Positions 1 to 10,173 of a stretch of 64,000 bases of DNA are shown here, piece after piece. The DNA is from Promethearchaeota archaeon (GTDB lineage: Archaea > Asgardarchaeota > Lokiarchaeia > Sigyniarchaeales > SOKP01). The first letter of the stretch is position 1. Every line of letters begins with the position of its first letter. The stretch covers positions 14,205 through 78,204 of the forward strand of contig RDOE01000004.1 in NCBI GenBank assembly GCA_011364975.1, written 5' to 3'. The notes beneath the pieces are model-generated. The model searched no databases. It worked only from the letters and a program-made list of their open reading frames with translations, and was not told the DNA's origin. The translations under genes and the position numbers were made by a program.

Positions 1-2121
1 CCCAAAAATGTTTGCCATAATAAATGAACTTAAAAAGAAAATTATCGAACATCCAAGTCCAATTATGATATTTCGTATAAGATTATCTCTTAAATTTAAC
101 CCGATTGATTTTGTAAATCCTCTAAGCTTTTGGTTTCCTATTGGTAGATGAATAACACGAGGAACAATAATTAACCAAAGTAAAACCATAAATCCAAAGG
201 AAATAAAGAAATCAATAAATAATAAGACGATATCTGGAATTACATCTACAATAAAAATTAATGGAAGCTCAATAAATCCGGGTAAGAATAGGAATATACC
301 GTATAAAATTAAAAGTACCACTGTACCCCCCATAGGATATTTTCGGAAGCTTTCACGTATACTTATCATCTCCTTTCTACCAAACTCCTTTGGAAACATA
401 CTATTTAGAGATAAAATAAGAAGAATTATAGCTATTAAGCTAGTACCAGCAAGAACAATTGTCATTATTATTAGGTCGCCAAATAACAAGAATAAACTTC
501 CGATAAGAATATATCCCGCTAGAATTAAGAATTGTGTTATAATCAGAGCTGTCCATTTCATTACTTTTTTCTCAGGGTTAACCTCCTCTAAAACAAATTT
601 ATACTTCATTCTACCAAACATACGAATCTTCATAGAAAAAGCATTAAGTAAAAATAAGAGTGCAATTGGATACCATGAAATAAATAAAGGAATAAATGGT
701 CTCAATGAGGGAGTTATGAATAATATTACAATAACGGGTAAGAAAAAGGAAACCGTCTGAATAATAACAAGTAATATAAGTTTAGCTTTTGCTTGGTCAC
801 GAGGATTTAGAGGTAAAGCCGCCGTTATTGTTGCACCAGTATCTTCTACGTTTAAAAAACCTGATACAATCATGAGGGAAATTATTGGTTGATAAAACAT
901 TAAAAAACTCCAAAAAGCTATGAGATAACTAAAAATATCTCCAAATTCTCCACTTGGTATAAAACCAAATACGAAAACGATAAGAAGTGGCATTATCATC
1001 GGCATGAGGAGAAACATAAACATCTGAATGTCCCGAGTAGCTATTGAGAGATCTTTTTTAATATACGATTTAATGGGAGTTACTTTTTTAATTGAAATTA
1101 TTTCATCTCCTGATTGTTTTAATTTATTTTCTCTTGCTTTTTTGACAATAAGTAAAGTTGAAGAAGTGATGGATCTCATTGATTTTACAGCTTTATTATA
1201 CAAAATCATTGTTAATAATATTAACAGAAGCATCCCAATTATTGTTGGTATCCACTGAATAGGTGGAAAACTTAAAGGATCCATCAGCATAGTTATAAGA
1301 ATACTAGGCGCAAATGGAAAAGGAATCATACTTATGAAAAATATAACAATATAGGAAACATTCATTGCCGAAACTATTATAAAAAATGAACCTATAGCAC
1401 TTACTGCCCATTGAATAAATAATGATGCCGACATTACTACTATTATATAAGCCAGCATTGTAAAAACACGAATCATGGTTGATTTTTTAGATCCTGCGCT
1501 TTCTACCTTTAATATTCGCCCTATTTTCTCTGCGACTAATATTAAAACACTGAAGGCCAATATTACTTGAAGTATTGAAATTAATGAGCTAATTATAATT
1601 AGAAGGAAATTTTGACTAAGAATTCCAATTACTAATGGAAAAGATAGGATCATCATAATAAATGCGAGATCTAAATTTCGAAGAACTGTTATAAAGCCTA
1701 ATTTTTGCAATCTATTTTTAGAGAGAGGTAATGTTTCAAACCACTGAAAAACTTCTCCTGACATCATAGAACCAATTGCGAACATACCCATAAACGTCAA
1801 ATATACTAATTGCATCCCAAAAAAGATTCCAAACATGATACTTCCGCCAAATAAAATAGATTCTATTGAAATTGTGCCACTATTTATAAATTCAGTAAGT
1901 GGAAAATAAAACACAACAATTAATATAGCGGCCATCCCAAATATGAATCCATAGGCAAATCTCATGGCAAAAACTTGATATTTTATTGAATTCTTGTTTT
2001 TCTTAAACTTTTCCATCAATCTTGCTTGATTCGCTCCAGACGATTGCACTTGGGAATCTAATACAATCTCTAAATTCGTATATTTTGCTAGTTTATAAAG
2101 TCCAAGCTTATTTCTACTCAT
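1..2121 (-). CDS. Large ABC-permease-like membrane protein, paralog of 2943..5612; 3' end runs off the window
   Basis: Not in the ORF track because the stop is outside the window. ATG at 2121 reads MSRNKLGLYKLAKYTNLEIVLDSQVQSSGANQARLMEKFKKNK, matching the N-terminus of 2943..5612 (LYSLSKYPLLEITMESQYMSAGAHQAKLLEKFERNK). The frame at position 1 reads GLGCSIIFFLSSFIMANIFG, matching GVGSFIIYGIIVFIGANLLG in the paralog. Confidence 0.85.
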   Translation of the reverse strand, partial: MSRNKLGLYKLAKYTNLEIVLDSQVQSSGANQARLMEKFKKNKNSIKYQVFAMRFAYGFIFGMAAILIVVFYFPLTEFINSGTISIESILFGGSIMFGIFFGMQLVYLTFMGMFAIGSMMSGEVFQWFETLPLSKNRLQKLGFITVLRNLDLAFIMMILSFPLVIGILSQNFLLIIISSLISILQVILAFSVLILVAEKIGRILKVESAGSKKSTMIRVFTMLAYIIVVMSASLFIQWAVSAIGSFFIIVSAMNVSYIVIFFISMIPFPFAPSILITMLMDPLSFPPIQWIPTIIGMLLLILLTMILYNKAVKSMRSITSSTLLIVKKARENKLKQSGDEIISIKKVTPIKSYIKKDLSIATRDIQMFMFLLMPMIMPLLIVFVFGFIPSGEFGDIFSYLIAFWSFLMFYQPIISLMIVSGFLNVEDTGATITAALPLNPRDQAKAKLILLVIIQTVSFFLPVIVILFITPSLRPFIPLFISWYPIALLFLLNAFSMKIRMFGRMKYKFVLEEVNPEKKVMKWTALIITQFLILAGYILIGSLFLLFGDLIIMTIVLAGTSLIAIILLILSLNSMFPKEFGRKEMISIRESFRKYPMGGTVVLLILYGIFLFLPGFIELPLIFIVDVIPDIVLLFIDFFISFGFMVLLWLIIVPRVIHLPIGNQKLRGFTKSIGLNLRDNLIRNIIIGLGCSIIFFLSSFIMANIFG

Positions 2122-2135
2122 ATCAATTAAGAACC

Positions 2136-2930
2136 TTATTTACCATTTTTGAAGGATTTCCGTAATTTTTGCACAATTTCAATTACACTAGTATCTTGTT
2201 CGGTTAAACGTAGAAATACATCCTCTAAATTAGCTCCTAATTTGTTTGCCTGTTGTCTTAACTCTTCAATTGTACCTATGCCAACCATTTTACCTTTATT
2301 AATAATTCCAATACGATTACATAATTGTTGAGCTATTTCCATGATATGAGTAGAAAAAAGAACAGAACCCCCATTTTCAATATGAATATCTAAGATCTCC
2401 TTTACCACTTTCACGGATTTAGCGTCTAAACCAGCCAAAGGTTCATCTAAAATAAGTAGATCAGGATCATGCAGTATTGCAGCTATTATTTGGACTTTCT
2501 GCTTATTTCCATGAGATAAAGTGGCGATAAGTTGCTCATAATAATCACTTGCCCCTAAACTGTCCATATATTCCTGAGCCTTAGCAGACACCTCTTCCTC
2601 GTCAAGTTGGCGAATAGAGGCTATAAAGCTAAATAGATCTTTTGGAGTAAGAGATTTAAAAATTAAAGGTTCTTCTGAAACATATCCAACTCTCCTCTTA
2701 ATTTCCACTTCTTCCTTTTCAGGGTTCATACCGATAACTGTAATCTCACCGTCATTTGGTTCAAGTAAGCCCAATAATAATTTAATAGTAGTTGTTTTTC
2801 CAGCACCATTAGGACCTAAAAGTCCAAAAACTTCGCCCTTTTTAACATCAAATGAGATACCATCGACCGCTTTTACATCTCCAAAATATTTCTTTAAATT
2901 TCGAACAGAAACCATCATATTATTATCCAT
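2136..2930 (-). CDS. ABC transporter ATP-binding protein (ABC-2/CcmA-like exporter)
   Basis: Walker A GPNGAGKTT, signature LSHGNKQK, Walker B LLILDEP, H-loop STH. Confidence 0.95.
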   Translation of the reverse strand: MDNNMMVSVRNLKKYFGDVKAVDGISFDVKKGEVFGLLGPNGAGKTTTIKLLLGLLEPNDGEITVIGMNPEKEEVEIKRRVGYVSEEPLIFKSLTPKDLFSFIASIRQLDEEEVSAKAQEYMDSLGASDYYEQLIATLSHGNKQKVQIIAAILHDPDLLILDEPLAGLDAKSVKVVKEILDIHIENGGSVLFSTHIMEIAQQLCNRIGIINKGKMVGIGTIEELRQQANKLGANLEDVFLRLTEQDTSVIEIVQKLRKSFKNGK

Positions 2931-2942
2931 TTTTTAACCTCA

Positions 2943-5612
2943 TTATATTTGTTTTTCTAGTAATTTATTTTCAATTATCACACTTTTACTATTCCAATTT
3001 TTAGAGATAATTCTTATAAAAAGAATGTCAATAATTGTGGGCAATATTCCTATAAAAACAATCATAAAAATCATCAATTGAATTACAGTATCGATTTGAG
3101 TTATTGAAAGTATCAATCCTACAGTATTAATTAAATAGTGAACTATTATACTGGGAATTAAACTATTTGTTTTAATAAAAAGATACCCTAATAATAATCC
3201 CAAAAAGAAGGTGTAAATGACTTGAAATAGTACAGTTATAATGTTTCCTCCTGATAATAAAACATTAATGGCATTAAATGCATGTGCTAATCCAAAGAAG
3301 ATACTACTAATGATAATTCCTGTTATTTTTGAATATTTCTTCAATAACATAGGAATCATAACTCCCCGAAATGCAACTTCTTCCCAAATACCTGGCTGAA
3401 GCATAAATATCCAGATAAACCACCCGTAACTAAAAAACCCGGGAATCAATGGATTTGGGTCTCCAAATAATAATTCCGGAGCAAAAATAAAATTTCCCAA
3501 AAGGTTAGCACCAATGAAAACTATAATACCATAAATAATAAACGAGCCTACACCTACCATTATATTTCTACCAACAGGTTTAACTTTTGATATTCGAATC
3601 TCCTTAGTATAGTCCTTAAATGATTTATTTTTACCAAGGAGTTTCAAACCCTTCGGAACAATATATAACAGCAAAAGAGCAAAGAATGCTTGTACCCAAA
3701 GAAATTCTATAATTATTATTGCTACGTAAGGTAAACTCAGCATCCATGGTATAAAGAAAATTGACTCTAATAAGAAAGCGATAAAAGGAAATGCATTGAA
3801 TAAAAGAAATACTACAGAATTACCAATGATTGGTTGTTTCCTTAAAAATCCCCCTGTTTCATAACTTGGCATCTGTTCTGCTTTAGGAAACATCTTATAT
3901 AACCCAAATATTAGTAAACTTAAGCTGAATAATCCTATTAAAAATGCACTGCTTATGGCTGCGATTATTCCAAATAACGTAAACATAATTGAATTAGCGA
4001 TTAATATTATGAAATATACCCCTAACTCGGCAGCTATCATGGCTATCCACTTCATAATTTTATGTCGTGTGTTGACCTCTTCCAGAACATATCGATATTT
4101 CATTTTTCCGAATAAGGAAACTTTCATTTCAAACATTAGTAATAAAAAGGTCCAAATAATTGGAAGACTACTAAGCATTAGACCTAAAACAATGATTGAT
4201 TGAGTTTGAATCGTTAGTATAATGCTCATAAGAATCATTGAAAGGCTATGAATCGTTAACATCAATAATATTTTTGCTTTCATTTGATCTCGGGGTACCA
4301 GTGGTAATGAAGCCAATATTGAAGAACCTGATTCTTCTATGCTTAAAAGACCCCCTACCAGAATAATAGGAATGAAGATATTAGCTCCAATGATAATTGA
4401 CCATAAAATCATAATACTTACCGGTGATGTAACTTCTCTGGATATAGGAATTTGCATTGAAAAGAGCATAACTAATGGAAATACGATAGGCATAAGAATA
4501 AAGATTAATGATTGATAATCTTTTGTAGATGCAATAATATCTTTCTTGATATATGCCTTTACAGGAGATATTATATTAAGATCTATTTCAACCATTTTTC
4601 GTTCTAACTCTTTTGGTTTCTTAGCCTTTCTATATTCAAATTCAGTAGTTGATACCGCCTTTAAAGATCTAACGGCTATATAATACATAATAAAGGTTAT
4701 AAACGCAAAAATCGCTATCCCGATTAACGTTGAGAACCAAATAACAATAGGAACTTGTCCAGGAATCATAGTTATTCCCACTAAAAATCCAGGAGCTAAA
4801 GGAAAGGGAATAATACTTAGTATTATTGCAATTATTTCCGTCGGTGGTGAGATACTTAATGAAATAATGAGGTCAAAGATTGCATTAAATCCTATATTTA
4901 ATACTAGCCCCGTGCTAAATGCAATAAAGAAATAACTAAGTAAAGATATAATCCTAAAAATATTTCTTTTTTTAGATTTCGTTCCTCCCTCTGAAAAAAG
5001 TCTACTAAATTTTTCTCCTATAATTATTAAGATACTCACGCTAAACATTGTTATAAGGAATGAAGAGATTAAACTCATTAAAAATGTAACTATATTCTGG
5101 GTCATGATTAATAATGCTATTGGAAAAGAAAAAATCATTAATATAATCATCACCCCTTGACTTCGAAATAAACTCATATACCCTAACTTTCCTATTTTGT
5201 CTTTTGAAAGTGGTAGTGTTTGCAACCACTTGAATGCATTACCCGTCATCAAAGAACTAGTAGTAAATAAGCCAAAAAGCACAATATACAAGATTAATAT
5301 GATATAAAAAGTGGTTATAAATGAACCGAAAATTATAATTGCTCCTTCATTTGAAAGAGCATAAGCATTGATTTCCCCTAAAAGTTCAAAGTAAAAGATA
5401 AAACTTAGAAATGGAAAAAAGATCATTAATATTGCAGAAACCAATTTTAATGCTATTACTTGGTTTCTCACATAATTCTTATTCCTCTCAAATTTTTCCA
5501 ATAATTTTGCTTGATGTGCTCCTGCTGACATATATTGAGATTCCATAGTGATCTCAAGTAAAGGATATTTGGATAACGAATAAAGTGAAAGTGGTTTATC
5601 TTTTTTTCTCAA
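2943..5612 (-). CDS. Multi-TM ABC permease-like protein fused to C-terminal CPBP (CAAX/Abi) intramembrane protease
   Basis: Many TM segments. C-terminal CPBP motifs GIWEEVAFRG, FFGLAH and IIVHYLIN. Lies between ABC ATPase genes; TTG start. Confidence 0.8.
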   Translation of the reverse strand: MRKKDKPLSLYSLSKYPLLEITMESQYMSAGAHQAKLLEKFERNKNYVRNQVIALKLVSAILMIFFPFLSFIFYFELLGEINAYALSNEGAIIIFGSFITTFYIILILYIVLFGLFTTSSLMTGNAFKWLQTLPLSKDKIGKLGYMSLFRSQGVMIILMIFSFPIALLIMTQNIVTFLMSLISSFLITMFSVSILIIIGEKFSRLFSEGGTKSKKRNIFRIISLLSYFFIAFSTGLVLNIGFNAIFDLIISLSISPPTEIIAIILSIIPFPLAPGFLVGITMIPGQVPIVIWFSTLIGIAIFAFITFIMYYIAVRSLKAVSTTEFEYRKAKKPKELERKMVEIDLNIISPVKAYIKKDIIASTKDYQSLIFILMPIVFPLVMLFSMQIPISREVTSPVSIMILWSIIIGANIFIPIILVGGLLSIEESGSSILASLPLVPRDQMKAKILLMLTIHSLSMILMSIILTIQTQSIIVLGLMLSSLPIIWTFLLLMFEMKVSLFGKMKYRYVLEEVNTRHKIMKWIAMIAAELGVYFIILIANSIMFTLFGIIAAISSAFLIGLFSLSLLIFGLYKMFPKAEQMPSYETGGFLRKQPIIGNSVVFLLFNAFPFIAFLLESIFFIPWMLSLPYVAIIIIEFLWVQAFFALLLLYIVPKGLKLLGKNKSFKDYTKEIRISKVKPVGRNIMVGVGSFIIYGIIVFIGANLLGNFIFAPELLFGDPNPLIPGFFSYGWFIWIFMLQPGIWEEVAFRGVMIPMLLKKYSKITGIIISSIFFGLAHAFNAINVLLSGGNIITVLFQVIYTFFLGLLLGYLFIKTNSLIPSIIVHYLINTVGLILSITQIDTVIQLMIFMIVFIGILPTIIDILFIRIISKNWNSKSVIIENKLLEKQI

Positions 5613-5613
5613 A

Positions 5614-6429
5614 TTATTCCATCTCTTTTATTTTTGATTTGTAAGATTTCCTTAATTTCTTTACAATCTCAACCACAGAATTATCTTGTTCTGTAAGCCT
5701 CAGAAATACCTCTTCTAACCGCGCTCCCATTTTATTCGTTTGTTGTTTTAATTCTTCAAATGTCCCAATTCCCACAATCTTTCCCTTATTGATAATTGCG
5801 ATACGATCACACAATTCTTCAGCCAATTCCATTATGTGGGTTGAAAATATCACAGAACCTCCTTTCTCTGTATGAATATCTAATATCTCTTTAACTACAC
5901 GCACACTTTTTGCATCAAGCCCTGAAAGGGGCTCATCAAGAATTAGTAAATCGGGTTCGTGAATAATTGAGGCAATTATTTGCATTTTTTGTTTATTACC
6001 ATGAGATAGGGTTGCGATTATTTGTTGATAATAATCAATTGCTTCCAAACTTTCTAAATATTCTTTTACTTTTTTAGTGGTTTCTTCTTCATCTAATTTT
6101 CTTATAGATGCAATAAAATTGAATAAATCTTTTGGTGTGAGTGATTTAAAAATTAAAGGTTCTTCTGATACGTATCCAACACGACTTTTAATTTTAACTT
6201 CATCTCGCTCAGGATTCATACCAAATATCTTAATCTCTCCACCTAAAGGTTCAAGTAATCCCAGAAGAAGTTTTAGAGTTGTAGTTTTTCCAGCACCATT
6301 AGGACCTAAAAGTCCAAATACTTCTCCTTTATAAACATTAAAACTGATGTCATTTACAGCTTTCACATCATCAAAGTATTTTTTCAAATTATGTACGTTA
6401 ATAATTTCACTTTCTATCATACTCATCAT
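5614..6429 (-). CDS. ABC transporter ATP-binding protein, paralog of 2136..2930
   Basis: GPNGAGKTT, LSHGNKQK, LILDEP; near-identical stretches to 2136..2930 (GYVSEEPLIFKSLTPKDLF). Confidence 0.95.
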   Translation of the reverse strand: MMSMIESEIINVHNLKKYFDDVKAVNDISFNVYKGEVFGLLGPNGAGKTTTLKLLLGLLEPLGGEIKIFGMNPERDEVKIKSRVGYVSEEPLIFKSLTPKDLFNFIASIRKLDEEETTKKVKEYLESLEAIDYYQQIIATLSHGNKQKMQIIASIIHEPDLLILDEPLSGLDAKSVRVVKEILDIHTEKGGSVIFSTHIMELAEELCDRIAIINKGKIVGIGTFEELKQQTNKMGARLEEVFLRLTEQDNSVVEIVKKLRKSYKSKIKEME

Positions 6430-6653
6430 AAATTTAAATATTGGAATGTAAATGAAGTTTTATATATATTGTTATATTTTTTCATATATACGTAAATATA
6501 TAAATATTTCGAATGAACAATAAACTTAATTATAAATCACAGAATACTGTAAAAAGCCCCCTAATTATAAAATATTTAAAATATTTAAAAATATACAATT
6601 AAAAAAACACTGATTTTTATTGTATATGATGCAAATTTTTGAGTTTACAGAAA

Positions 6654-7520
6654 TTATTCCATATCTGAAAAAATTCTCCTTTTTATCATTTTTCCTGTTT
6701 TAGTGGCTGCAATTCCTCCCTTCCCTGTTTCTTTTAATTCATAAGGTAATTTACGTCCTACCTTCATCATTGCATCAATGATTTCATCAGCTGGAATAAT
6801 TGAAGTAACCCCAGAAAGCGCCATCTCAGCAGCTGTGAATGCATTAACAACACCTATAACATTTCGTTTTATACAAGGAGATATTACCAATCCTGCTACG
6901 GGATCGCATATAAGTCCTAGTAGATTCTTCAAACTAAGCGCAATGGCATTACTAATTTGTTCATGAGACCCTCCAGCTATGTAAGTAATTGCCGCTGCTG
7001 CCATAGCAGAAGCTACCCCTACTTCAGCTTGACATCCACCTTCACTCCCAGATAACATTGCTTGATTTCCGATTATGGCACCTATTGCAGCTGCAACCAT
7101 TAACCCATTTAAAATATCATCATCAGACTTGCTCAAAATATCCTTAGCTTTAAATAATACTGCAGGTAAGACACCTGAAGAACCAGCTGTTGGACAAGCT
7201 ACAATTAATCCCATACCACTATTATATTCTCCAATAGCCATAGCCCAAGCCATAGCTTCTTTCATATTATTTCCAAAGAATATCCCGTTAGATAATAATT
7301 TATTTGCTTGATGACTTGCCTCTTTTATAGGTAACTCCATATCGCTAGCTAATGCTTTTTCAAGCGACTGTTTCATCACATTTAATGACTTTTTCAGTCT
7401 TTCAATTATCTTAGATTCAGGAGTATGCGTATACTCACTTTCATCTTTAAGAATAAGTTCATGTAAAGGAATCTTTTGTACTTCAGATTCGCCTAATAGT
7501 TGCGAAATTGATTCAAACAT
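6654..7520 (-). CDS. sdaAA: L-serine dehydratase, Fe-S dependent, alpha subunit
   Basis: Motifs PTAGSSGVLP, GGCQAEVG, LGLICDPVAGLV..PC, ELKETGKGG. Confidence 0.93.
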   Translation of the reverse strand: MFESISQLLGESEVQKIPLHELILKDESEYTHTPESKIIERLKKSLNVMKQSLEKALASDMELPIKEASHQANKLLSNGIFFGNNMKEAMAWAMAIGEYNSGMGLIVACPTAGSSGVLPAVLFKAKDILSKSDDDILNGLMVAAAIGAIIGNQAMLSGSEGGCQAEVGVASAMAAAAITYIAGGSHEQISNAIALSLKNLLGLICDPVAGLVISPCIKRNVIGVVNAFTAAEMALSGVTSIIPADEIIDAMMKVGRKLPYELKETGKGGIAATKTGKMIKRRIFSDME

Positions 7521-8178
7521 TTATAATTCTCACCCATATAATTTCAGGATAAATTTTTAATGCCTCAACAACTTCATTTGATATTTCCGAATCCGCTTCG
7601 AGCCATGTTAATGCAATCTTTTTTTTTAAATCACGGGATACTTTCATAGAACCTATATTTAATTTATATTTTGAAAGGGTATTTGTGATATTTACCAACG
7701 CCCCTATTTTATCTTGATTCAAGATTACAAGAGTATTCGGTTCTCCTCCAAATCCTGCTTCTAAGCCATTAACCTCAATTATTTCGATATTTCCGCCCCC
7801 AATGGATGATCCAATCACTATCATCTTATCAGATTTATCGATCATTTCAATGCTTACTGAATTTGGATGATATTCTGCTCCTAAATCTACAGCTTCAAAT
7901 GTATATATAAGTCCTTCTTTTTTAGCTATAGCAAATGCATCCTTAATTCGCTCATCTTCGGGAGTAAATCCTAACAATCCGCCCAATAATGCAATATCTG
8001 TACCATGTCCTCTATATGTCTCGGCAAACGAACCATGAAGACCAATTTTTACCTCTTTGGGTTTTTTTCCAAACAATAATCTAGCAACATAAGCAATTTG
8101 GCAAGCTCCCGCGGTATGACTTGAACTCGGCCCAACCATGATGTGCCCGATGACATCAAAAATTGAAGTATATTTCAC
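7513..8178 (-). CDS. sdaAB: L-serine dehydratase beta subunit (with ACT domain)
   Basis: IMVGPSSSHTAGA, GSFAETYRGHGTD, HPNS, SIGGG; overlaps the alpha gene by 8 nt. Confidence 0.93.
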   Translation of the reverse strand: MKYTSIFDVIGHIMVGPSSSHTAGACQIAYVARLLFGKKPKEVKIGLHGSFAETYRGHGTDIALLGGLLGFTPEDERIKDAFAIAKKEGLIYTFEAVDLGAEYHPNSVSIEMIDKSDKMIVIGSSIGGGNIEIIEVNGLEAGFGGEPNTLVILNQDKIGALVNITNTLSKYKLNIGSMKVSRDLKKKIALTWLEADSEISNEVVEALKIYPEIIWVRIINV

Positions 8179-8295
8179 AATTAATTACTAAATTCCTTTA
8201 ATTATAACATTTTTTACTTTTTCTTTCCCGCTGGATAGTATTTTTCTCTTATATAACTAACTTTTAAATAGGTAAATTTTGTTTATAACATTAGC

Positions 8296-8457
8296 ATGGG
8301 GAGAGATAAAAATAAAATAAGAACTCAAAAATTAAATTTTTGGGCTCAAGGTGTTATCGAATCACATCAGAAAAATTTAAAAAGTAAAAATAATGATCAT
8401 CGTGAAGAACCACAAGCAGGAGATAACTGGTTAATCTCAAAAACAATTAATGTATGA
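8296..8457 (+). CDS. Possible small protein (53 aa)
   Basis: Open frame MGRDKNKIRTQKLNFWAQGVIESHQKNLKSKNNDHREEPQAGDNWLISKTINV filling an intergenic gap. A TATA-like TTTTAAATA lies about 25 nt upstream. No recognisable homology. Confidence 0.3.
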   Translation: MGRDKNKIRTQKLNFWAQGVIESHQKNLKSKNNDHREEPQAGDNWLISKTINV

Positions 8458-8478
8458 AAATAGAAGGTTTATATTTTA

Positions 8479-8964
8479 TTATAGTAATTCTTGGCTTAAT
8501 TCTTGTGCAAAATTTTGAGCCTTTGTCATCTTAATCCTGAAAAACCCCTTAAAGACCCGTTTATTTGCCACAATTCCACCTTTCTTTTCGATTTCAGTCT
8601 GCATCAATTCAAGAGTTTTTCCCGCTAAAAATCTACATGTGCAAAAGATAACAAACTTTTTTCCATTAATATTTTGAGCTTTTGTTAAATAGCCATCAAA
8701 TATAGCTGGCTGACGTCCTCCATAAACGGGATTACCAAAAAATATCAGGTCATATGGTGCAAGATTTTCAATAATTTTATTATATGTGAAATCCGAAAGG
8801 TCTCCATTTAAAATTTTTTCTTGGTTTGATATAATATTTCGAGCTTTCATAGGATACTCTATTCGTTCAATTTGTACGTCGTGTCCTTTAAGGCCTTCAA
8901 AAATGGTTTCTACAACTTTTTTCGTACGCCCACTCATCGAAAAATATATAATTAATATTCTCAT
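8479..8964 (-). CDS. Flavodoxin-like protein
   Basis: IIYFSMSGRTKKV FMN-phosphate loop; DLIFFGNPVYGG. Confidence 0.85.
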   Translation of the reverse strand: MRILIIYFSMSGRTKKVVETIFEGLKGHDVQIERIEYPMKARNIISNQEKILNGDLSDFTYNKIIENLAPYDLIFFGNPVYGGRQPAIFDGYLTKAQNINGKKFVIFCTCRFLAGKTLELMQTEIEKKGGIVANKRVFKGFFRIKMTKAQNFAQELSQELL

Positions 8965-9132
8965 TTTAATTCCATTAGGTATGCTTTTTTTTACTTGTTT
9001 AGAATTTTTCTTGCTTTTTATATTTTCTGAGTAATTTAGAGGCTATGCTTCTTATTATGGATTGCCTAATATTAGTTTATTAGACAAATGACGGTTTATC
9101 TGAAAAATAATAAAGACTCTTTAAAAATCTCT

Positions 9133-10077
9133 TTACTTCTGTTTTAAAATTACATAAATAGAAAGAATTACAAGAAAAGTGCCAACCATATGAAAAACTG
9201 TGAAGGCTTCCCCCAATATAATTGTTGCAAAAATAGCAGTGACTATGGGTGTTGGCGAAAAAATAATCGTTGCAACAGATACATCCAAATAAGAAAGAGC
9301 AAAATACCACGAAACCAAACCAGCACCATAAACAAAACCCATTAATACATAATAGAATGCATTAATAGGTATTAATAGAAGTTGGAAATTAGAAATGGGA
9401 AAAAAGATTAAATAAGCACTGATCAATATAATCGCACTCAAAATATTTCGCAAAAACACCATTTGAATAGGAGTTGCTTCATTTCTATTGAAAATCGGTT
9501 TTGTAATGGCATGTCCATACATCCAAAGGCATGTCATTCCTAATAATATTAAAACACCTAGCATTGCATCAAACCCAATTAATAAAAAGTTAAATGAGCC
9601 TTGCGTAATGGCAAGAATTAAACCGAAAAATAATATAATAGAAAAAATTATCTGCATTTTTGTTATTTTCTCTTTTAAGATGATATAACCGAAGAGCAAT
9701 GAAAAGAAGACAGTTGTTTTTTGTGTTAGTGAACCATTAATAGCTCCTGCATATTGGTAACCCACAAAAAAAAGAAGTTGATTAACGCCAAAAATCACAC
9801 CAATAACAAGAAGAAGCCTCAAATTTTTTTTCCAATTTTGAAGTACTGATAATTGAATCTCCTTGCTCGACGTATGGTTATCTCTTTTCGAATGTTTTCT
9901 TTTTATTTCTATTAACATAATCGGAAAGAAAATTATCGCTTCAATTAAGCATGTCATACTAGCGAAAATGAGCGCATCGAGAGATTGAGGTCGTGAGTTT
10001 GCAACAATAGGCTGGAAACCTACAAACAGATTGCCTATTATCCCAAAAAATATCCCTTTCTTCAATTTACTATCCAC
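9133..10077 (-). CDS. EamA/DMT family transporter
   Basis: About 10 TM in two repeats; GYIILKEKIT and ATIILGEAFT DMT-type ends. Confidence 0.88.
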   Translation of the reverse strand: MDSKLKKGIFFGIIGNLFVGFQPIVANSRPQSLDALIFASMTCLIEAIIFFPIMLIEIKRKHSKRDNHTSSKEIQLSVLQNWKKNLRLLLVIGVIFGVNQLLFFVGYQYAGAINGSLTQKTTVFFSLLFGYIILKEKITKMQIIFSIILFFGLILAITQGSFNFLLIGFDAMLGVLILLGMTCLWMYGHAITKPIFNRNEATPIQMVFLRNILSAIILISAYLIFFPISNFQLLLIPINAFYYVLMGFVYGAGLVSWYFALSYLDVSVATIIFSPTPIVTAIFATIILGEAFTVFHMVGTFLVILSIYVILKQK

Positions 10078-10173
10078 GATATTTTAGAAAGGCAAGCAAG
10101 AATTAAAAATCTTATTTTTAAAGGTTTGTGAATTTTAAATAATATTAATTAAGATAAAGCTTAAGATCTTATT

